This document shows positions 58,904 to 64,000 of a DNA stretch of 64,000 nucleotides, one piece after another; positions within the stretch are counted from its first letter, which is position 1; the number at the start of each line of letters is the position of its first letter. Location of the stretch: positions 3,483 through 67,482 of the forward strand of contig CAKOOK010000004.1 of the NCBI GenBank assembly GCA_934098515.1, written 5' to 3'. Under the pieces are notes generated by a model. That model did no database searches, had not been told where the DNA came from, and saw only the letters and a program-made list of their open reading frames with translations. The DNA is from an uncultured Bacilli bacterium. Its GTDB lineage: Bacteria; Bacillota_I; Bacilli_A; RF39; UBA660. The position numbers and the translations under genes are program-made.

Positions 58904-59117
58904 TAGTTAAAAAAGTTTTGATTAGGACATGGCATTATTCTTAGTCTTATTAAGCGAAGTTATGATGGTGAGAGATAACTAAAGAAAAGAGTATTTGTTA
59001 CTACCTATGAACTGGTCTTGAAAAAGAACCCCGGTGATGAGCCGTTACTTAAATAAAGGTAAAAATGGATGGTACCGTGTTTATGCACTCCTGCTAATTA
59101 TGGCAGGAGTTTTTTTA
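58904..59117 (+). promoter_or_regulatory. T-box riboswitch leader of thrS
   Basis: T-box aatggatggtaccgtg (59064..59079); terminator cactcctgc-taattatg-gcaggagt plus T7 (59087..59117); Stem I AGAGA/AGTA elements; ACU/ACC codons in the candidate specifier region. Confidence 0.85.
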
Positions 59118-59135
59118 ACTAAGAAGGAGGATTTT

Positions 59136-60899
59136 ATGATAAATATTAAAGAAAATGAAGAACTTCATGTATTAAACCATAGCTGTGCTCATTTACTAGC
59201 ACAAGCTGTAAAGCATTTATATCCAAATGCTAAGTTCTGGGTAGGACCTGTAACCACAGAAGGATTCTACTATGATATCGATTTAGGAGATGTTACTTTA
59301 ACAAATGATGATTTACCTAAGATTGAAAAAGAGATGAAAAAAATTAGTAAAGATGGTAAGAGAATTGTTCGTGAAGAAATATCTAAAGAAGAGGCTTTAG
59401 AAAAGTTTAAGGAAGATCCATATAAAATTGATTTGATAAGCCGTATGGATGAAGATAATACAGTTATTTCAATGTATACTCAAGGAGATTTTACTGATCT
59501 TTGCCGTGGACCACATGTAGCAACGGTTAAAGAACTTAAGCATTTTAAACTTTTAAAAGTAAGTGGTGCTTATTGGAAGGGTGATGTTAAAAATAAGATG
59601 CTTCAAAGAATCTATGGTGTTTGCTTTACTAATGAAGAAGATTTGAATAATTGTCTTGCGGAAATAGAAGAAGCTAAGCAAAGAGATCATCGTAAGATTG
59701 GTAAAGATATGGAAATATTCATGACTGATGAATTAGTTGGTGCTGGTATGCCTTTATGGCTTCCAAATGGAGCAATTATTAGAAAACAACTAGAAAACTA
59801 TATCTATGATAAGGAACAAAAGTTAGGATATAATCATGTATACACTCCATGTGTTGGTACAGTAAATCTATATAAGACTAGCGGACACTGGGATCATTAT
59901 AAAGAAAATATGTTCCCAATGATGAAAGTTGATGATGAAGAATTTGTTTTAAGACCAATGAACTGCCCTCATCATATGCTTGTTTATAAAAATAAGTTAC
60001 ATTCATATAGAGATTTACCTATTAGAATTGGTGAATTTGCGACTGACTTTAGATATGAAGCAAGTGGTGCTGTTAAAGGACTTGAAAGAGTTAGATGCAT
60101 GTGTCAAAATGATGCACACTTATTTGTAACTCCTGAACAAATTGGTGATGAATTTAAAAAAGTTGTAAGTCTAATTCTAGATGTATATAAAGATTTTGGT
60201 ATTAAGAATTATAAGTTTAGATTATCTTTAAGAGATAAAGAAGATAAAGAAAAATACTTTGATGATGATGAAATGTGGGATATGGCTGAAAATAAGCTTA
60301 GAGAAGTACTTAATGACTTAGGTGTTGAGTATTTTGAAGCTAAGGGTGAAGCAGCATTCTATGGACCTAAATTAGATGTTGAGGTTAAACCAGCAGTAGG
60401 GCCTGAGGTTACATTATCAACTTGTCAGTTAGACTTCTTACTTCCTAGAAGATTTGAATTATCTTACATTGATAATAAGGGTGAGAAACAAATACCAGTA
60501 GTTCTTCATAGAGCTATCTTTGGAACTTTTGATAGATTTACGGCATTTATTATTGAAGAAACTAAGGGTGCATTTCCTCTATGGCTTGCTCCTTTACAAG
60601 TTAATATTATTCCAGTAAATCCCGACTTACATTTGGACTATGCTGATAAAATATGCAAACTTTTAAAGGATAACAACGTAAGAGTAGAGGTAGATGATCG
60701 TAATGAAAAGATTGGCTATAAGATGAGAGAAAGTCAAACTAAAAAAGTACCTCTAACACTTGTTCTTGGAGATAATGAAAAAGATAATAATCAAATAAGT
60801 TATAGAGAATATGGTAAACAAGAAACAATTACTTGCTCTATAGATGAGTTTATTAGTAGGGTTAATAATTGTATTAAGAATAAGGAACAAAACTTATAA
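59136..60899 (+). CDS. thrS: threonine--tRNA ligase
   Basis: Start ATG 59136 behind aaggagg. [32 protein letters not shown]; anticodon-binding C-terminus. Confidence 0.95.
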   Translation: MINIKENEELHVLNHSCAHLLAQAVKHLYPNAKFWVGPVTTEGFYYDIDLGDVTLTNDDLPKIEKEMKKISKDGKRIVREEISKEEALEKFKEDPYKIDLISRMDEDNTVISMYTQGDFTDLCRGPHVATVKELKHFKLLKVSGAYWKGDVKNKMLQRIYGVCFTNEEDLNNCLAEIEEAKQRDHRKIGKDMEIFMTDELVGAGMPLWLPNGAIIRKQLENYIYDKEQKLGYNHVYTPCVGTVNLYKTSGHWDHYKENMFPMMKVDDEEFVLRPMNCPHHMLVYKNKLHSYRDLPIRIGEFATDFRYEASGAVKGLERVRCMCQNDAHLFVTPEQIGDEFKKVVSLILDVYKDFGIKNYKFRLSLRDKEDKEKYFDDDEMWDMAENKLREVLNDLGVEYFEAKGEAAFYGPKLDVEVKPAVGPEVTLSTCQLDFLLPRRFELSYIDNKGEKQIPVVLHRAIFGTFDRFTAFIIEETKGAFPLWLAPLQVNIIPVNPDLHLDYADKICKLLKDNNVRVEVDDRNEKIGYKMRESQTKKVPLTLVLGDNEKDNNQISYREYGKQETITCSIDEFISRVNNCIKNKEQNL

Positions 60900-60921
60900 A
60901 ATATGTCAAAAATACAAAAAT

Positions 60922-62054
60922 GAATATTAGTCAATGATGTGAAACAAAAAAATATAAAATAACTTAGTAAATAACTGAGTTGTTTTTTTATAATTGTAAT
61001 AATTTATTTCTCATTTCTATTGGTGATAAAAAATTTAAAACCTGCATAGGAATATTATTTGATCTTTTTAAATACAATTTTCCTTGATATCTTAAATCTT
61101 CTAATGAGTAAAATGATAAAAAAGAATAAAATCGTTCATTATCATTTCTGTGGCTTCTTTCGACTTTGCCATTATGTCTAGGTGTGCGAGGTCTAATTTT
61201 ATGATGATAAATGTTGTTAGCCAAACAATACTTGTCCATTGGATGAATAACTTTAACTTTTTCTTGATTATAAGTGAATTCTATACCATTATCAGTCTGA
61301 ATTTCTTCTGGTTTATATTTGTAATAATCAATACATTTTTTTATAAAGTCAACTGTGCTTTCTGGTGTGTGTTCAGTATACCAATATAAAAACCTTTCAC
61401 GTGATGCCTCGTCGATGCATGTATATTGATAAAATCTTATATCGTCAGGTAAATTATTAGTTTTACATTCGTTAGGAACGTATTTAACATCTATTTGCCA
61501 TTTTATTCCAAGCTGTTTTGGAGTTTCATAATGTTTTATTTGTTTTTTTGAAGTACCACTAATTAATACTTGATTATAAAATCCGATTCTTCTTAATAGT
61601 CTATACAAACTAACAATATGTCTTGTATATCCTTTATTTCTTTTTAATTTAATCCATAATTCACATAAGGTTATATGAGGATTCCTTTTTATAAAAGCTT
61701 TTATCCATTTTACTTCTTCATCAGTATGAGCATTTGGATGTTTCGATTTTGGCCTATGAGAACCATCCATTAATGATTCTGGTGTACCATTATATTTTTT
61801 ATTCCACCTCCATAAAGAAGTTCTTGAAATATGATATTTTCTACATACATATTCAATTGAATTTCCGTTTCTATATGTTTCTACAGCATGAAGTCTTGTT
61901 TTTAATTCATGGGGTAGATATCTCACATTATTTTGTGTTATACTTGTCATGACTTAAGTCCTTTCTTATATTTATTGATTTTGGTTCAACTCAATTATAT
62001 AAGACTTAAGTCATTTTTTATATAATAATGTTTCACATCTATTGTATTACAACA
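60922..62054 (-). mobile_element. IS481-like insertion sequence (~1.1 kb, single DDE transposase); exact ends uncertain by ~10-15 nt
   Basis: Imperfect terminal IRs tcaatgatgtgaaaca (60931..60946) and tgtttcacatctattg (62028..62044). Possible 5-bp TSD tatta (60925..60929 / 62045..62049). A 26-bp direct repeat lies outside the element on both sides. Confidence 0.75.
60988..61950 (-). CDS. DDE (rve/integrase-core) transposase with N-terminal HTH, IS481-family-like
   Basis: HTH YVCRKYHISRTSLWRWNKKY. DDE triad context WQIDVKY, IQTDNGIEF, HNGKVERSHRN. Confidence 0.85.
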   Translation of the reverse strand: MTSITQNNVRYLPHELKTRLHAVETYRNGNSIEYVCRKYHISRTSLWRWNKKYNGTPESLMDGSHRPKSKHPNAHTDEEVKWIKAFIKRNPHITLCELWIKLKRNKGYTRHIVSLYRLLRRIGFYNQVLISGTSKKQIKHYETPKQLGIKWQIDVKYVPNECKTNNLPDDIRFYQYTCIDEASRERFLYWYTEHTPESTVDFIKKCIDYYKYKPEEIQTDNGIEFTYNQEKVKVIHPMDKYCLANNIYHHKIRPRTPRHNGKVERSHRNDNERFYSFLSFYSLEDLRYQGKLYLKRSNNIPMQVLNFLSPIEMRNKLLQL

Positions 62055-62103
62055 ATAAAATATGTCAAAAATACAAAAATAACTTTTAATAATACAATAA
62101 TAA

Positions 62104-62112
62104 TGATATAAT
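62104..62112 (+). promoter_or_regulatory. extended -10 element (TGaTATAAT) upstream of the candidate ncRNA
   Basis: tgatataat at 62104..62112. The predicted start at ~62119 coincides with the 5' arm of the closing stem. Confidence 0.5.
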
Positions 62113-62118
62113 TAAAGT

Positions 62119-62280
62119 ACCTAGAAGATGGTCAAATATAAAACCGACTAATGGTGAATATAGGGAATCTAATTAGCAGTGGTGTTGAAAACTAGCTAGC
62201 CTAGGCTCCTAAAGCTGTCTATGTGATGCCCACCTTGCGTGCGCGCGGGTTTTTATCACTGCGGCTGTCTTCTAGGTTTT
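62119..62280 (+). ncRNA. ssrS: structured ~160-nt RNA, candidate 6S RNA (SsrS)
   Basis: Locally GC-rich. 14-bp closing stem: cctagaagatggtc (62120..62133) pairs with ggctgtcttctagg (62263..62276), followed by UUUU. Internal hairpin gcccacc...gcgggt and a CUGCGGC element in the 3' half. Lies upstream of tcdA. No plausible CDS. Confidence 0.5.
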
Positions 62281-62303
62281 ATTATATTTATAAAGGAGAA
62301 TAT

Positions 62304-62975
62304 ATGTTCGAGAGATTAATAACATTAATTGGTGAAGATAATTTAAATAAATTAAAAAAAGCAAATGTTTTAATTGTTGGTTTAGGTGGAGTAGGTGGCT
62401 ATGCCTTAGAAGCACTAGTAAGATCAGGTATTTATAACTTAACAATTGTAGATGGTGATATAGTAGAACTTAGCAATTTAAATAGGCAGATAATATCTAA
62501 GCGGAATGTTATAGGGAGACCTAAAGCTTTAGTAGCACAAGCAAGAACTCTAGAGATAAATCCGGACGTTAACTTAAGAGTTATTAATGAGTTTATTAGT
62601 GAGGATAATTTTTCTTTACTTAAAATAGATGAATATGATTATGTTATTGATGCGTGTGATGATTTGAATTTAAAGATGCTTCTTATAAAGAATGCTGATA
62701 AATATAAGTTAATTTCTTCTATGGGGACAGCTAATAAGATGGATATGACTAGATTTAAAATTACTACAATTGATAAGACTTCATATGATCCACTTGCTAA
62801 GATGATCCGTAAAAAGATAAAAGATGAGAAGATACGAACTAAATTTAAGGTGGTATCAAGTGATGAAAAAGTAATGAAAAATGGGACTAAGTTAGGCACT
62901 ATAGCATATATGCCAGCAGTATCTGGTTTACTTTGTGCATCATATGTAATTAATGATATAATAGATAATAATTAA
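62304..62975 (+). CDS. tcdA: tRNA threonylcarbamoyladenosine dehydratase (ThiF/MoeB/HesA family)
   Basis: ATG 62304 behind aaaggag. Rossmann motif VGLGGVGG, LSNLNRQ. Confidence 0.8.
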   Translation: MFERLITLIGEDNLNKLKKANVLIVGLGGVGGYALEALVRSGIYNLTIVDGDIVELSNLNRQIISKRNVIGRPKALVAQARTLEINPDVNLRVINEFISEDNFSLLKIDEYDYVIDACDDLNLKMLLIKNADKYKLISSMGTANKMDMTRFKITTIDKTSYDPLAKMIRKKIKDEKIRTKFKVVSSDEKVMKNGTKLGTIAYMPAVSGLLCASYVINDIIDNN

Positions 62976-62987
62976 AGGAGTTCATAC

Positions 62988-63728
62988 ATGGAAATATATA
63001 AGATTAAAACTGAATTAATTGAACAAATGAAATCGAAATTTAAAGGTAATATTTATCATTTTTCTCAAGTGAATTTTGCCTATAATTCAAATAAGATTGA
63101 AGGCAGCCATTTAACAGAAGAAGAAACTGAAGCGATTTTTGAAACAAATTCATTTATTCCTAAAGCCGATGAAGCTGTAAAACTAGATGATTTAATTGAA
63201 ACTATAAATCATTTTAGATTATTTGATTATGCTTTAAATATAATTGATGACGAACTTAGTAAAGAAAATATCATTAAAATGAATATGATATTAAAGAGAA
63301 ATACTACTGATGAAATAAATCCAAGATATAATGTTGGTGGCTTTAAAATTGTTCCTAATAGGATTGGTTTAATTAATGTTGTTGAAACTTCTAATCCTGA
63401 TAATGTAGAAAAAGATATTGACGAGTTATTAATGTGGTACAAAGATATTAAAAATATTACTTTAGAAGATATTATTGAATTTCATGTAAGATTTGAAAAA
63501 ATTCATCCTTTTGCGGATGGCAATGGAAGAGTAGGCAGAATGCTAATGTTTAAAGAATGCCTTAAAAATAATATTATGCCTTTTATTGTATTAGATAGAG
63601 ATAAAGCATTTTATATGAGAGGCTTAAAAGAATATAATAACGATAAAATGTTTTTAATTGATACAATAAAAAACGAACAAGATATTTTTGAAAATGTTTG
63701 TAATGAATTATTAAATTTTGAAATATAA
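62988..63728 (+). CDS. Fic/DOC family protein
   Basis: Fic motif HPFADGNGRVGR. Confidence 0.9.
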   Translation: MEIYKIKTELIEQMKSKFKGNIYHFSQVNFAYNSNKIEGSHLTEEETEAIFETNSFIPKADEAVKLDDLIETINHFRLFDYALNIIDDELSKENIIKMNMILKRNTTDEINPRYNVGGFKIVPNRIGLINVVETSNPDNVEKDIDELLMWYKDIKNITLEDIIEFHVRFEKIHPFADGNGRVGRMLMFKECLKNNIMPFIVLDRDKAFYMRGLKEYNNDKMFLIDTIKNEQDIFENVCNELLNFEI

Positions 63729-63839
63729 AAGGAAAAGTATATTTATTATTGCTTTTCTTTTTTTAATTAACAACATTATGAATAAAAATGTTTGTTAAAT
63801 TACGTTTGATATAGTATAATGTATTAAAGGAGGAATACT

Positions 63840-64000
63840 ATGCTTAAGGAAAGCAAAAATAAGATTGTAGTAATTGCTTCAGTAGTTGGTGTTATACTTG
63901 TTGCAATAATTATTTTCTTATTGTGGTTTAATAACCGCAAATTTAATGTATCGTTTGATCTTAATAATGGCACTGAAGTAAAAACCATAAAGGTTAAATA
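63840..64000 (+). CDS. membrane-anchored protein, N-terminal fragment (runs off the window)
   Basis: RBS aaaggagg; MLKESKNKIVVIASVVGVILVAIIIFLLWF then VSFDLNNGTEV (Listeria/Bacteroides-repeat-like start). Confidence 0.5.
   Translation, partial: MLKESKNKIVVIASVVGVILVAIIIFLLWFNNRKFNVSFDLNNGTEVKTIKVK

Noticed and set aside
59034-59135. N-terminal extension of the thrS ORF ([20 protein letters not shown]...)
   Set aside because: The extension translates the T-box and terminator RNA elements. The true start is ATG 59136, behind aaggagg. The same applies to 62223..62303 upstream of tcdA, where the extension covers the ncRNA candidate.
38537-63442. Further shadow ORFs: 38537..38842 -, 39011..39193 -, 46518..46709 -, 61150..61389 +, 61734..61952 +, 62639..62899 -, 63227..63442 -
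   Set aside because: Same reasoning as above. The two at 61150 and 61734 are antisense to the IS transposase.
1-64000. tRNA, rRNA, prophage, reverse transcriptase or retron, and restriction-modification genes
   Set aside because: I scanned the ORF track and the GC-richer non-coding islands and found no cloverleaf-like segments, rRNA-like regions, YxDD-type RT motifs or methyltransferase motifs. A negative result from reading by eye is not definitive.

Overview
AT-rich (about 28-30% G+C by eye) chromosomal segment from a low-GC Gram-positive bacterium (Bacillota). Gene order such as dnaD-nth / ponA-recU, engB-der, rimM-trmD-rplS, nusB-xseAB and hisS...asnS-gatCAB is typical of that phylum; the exact taxon cannot be determined here. 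Most of the window is core housekeeping: ppdK (partial), cca, dnaD, nth, ponA, recU, engB, der, rimM, trmD, rplS, pdp, ftsW-like, mutS, nusB, xseAB, hisS, asnS, gatCAB and thrS, with two T-box leaders. The notable items follow. (1) Two paralogous secreted or surface proteins (21182..22726 and 38562..39854) have 3' ends that are locally GC-rich. Their differences match adenine-templated hypervariation of the diversity-generating retroelement (DGR) type. I found no reverse transcriptase or template repeat in the window. The second paralog sits behind a consensus promoter whose 17-nt spacer contains a G10 homopolymer, which makes it a phase-variation candidate. (2) A C39-peptidase ABC exporter is followed by two small double-glycine-leader peptide genes that are absent from the ORF track, a putative two-peptide bacteriocin. 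Just upstream, a promoter plus a membrane-protein gene are bracketed by a perfect 29-bp inverted repeat. (3) A Tad/Flp-type pilus assembly operon lacks a recognisable Flp pilin or prepilin peptidase. (4) A three-gene cluster encodes an unknown helical protein, a HerA/FtsK-like ATPase, and a UvrD-like protein with a degenerate Walker A and a C-terminal zinc ribbon. (5) An IS481-like insertion sequence lies between thrS and a candidate 6S RNA upstream of tcdA. (6) There are several short tandem or palindromic intergenic repeats, two Fic-domain proteins, and a degenerate HisRS-like paralog under an Asn-specific T-box. No rRNA, tRNA or CRISPR array was seen.
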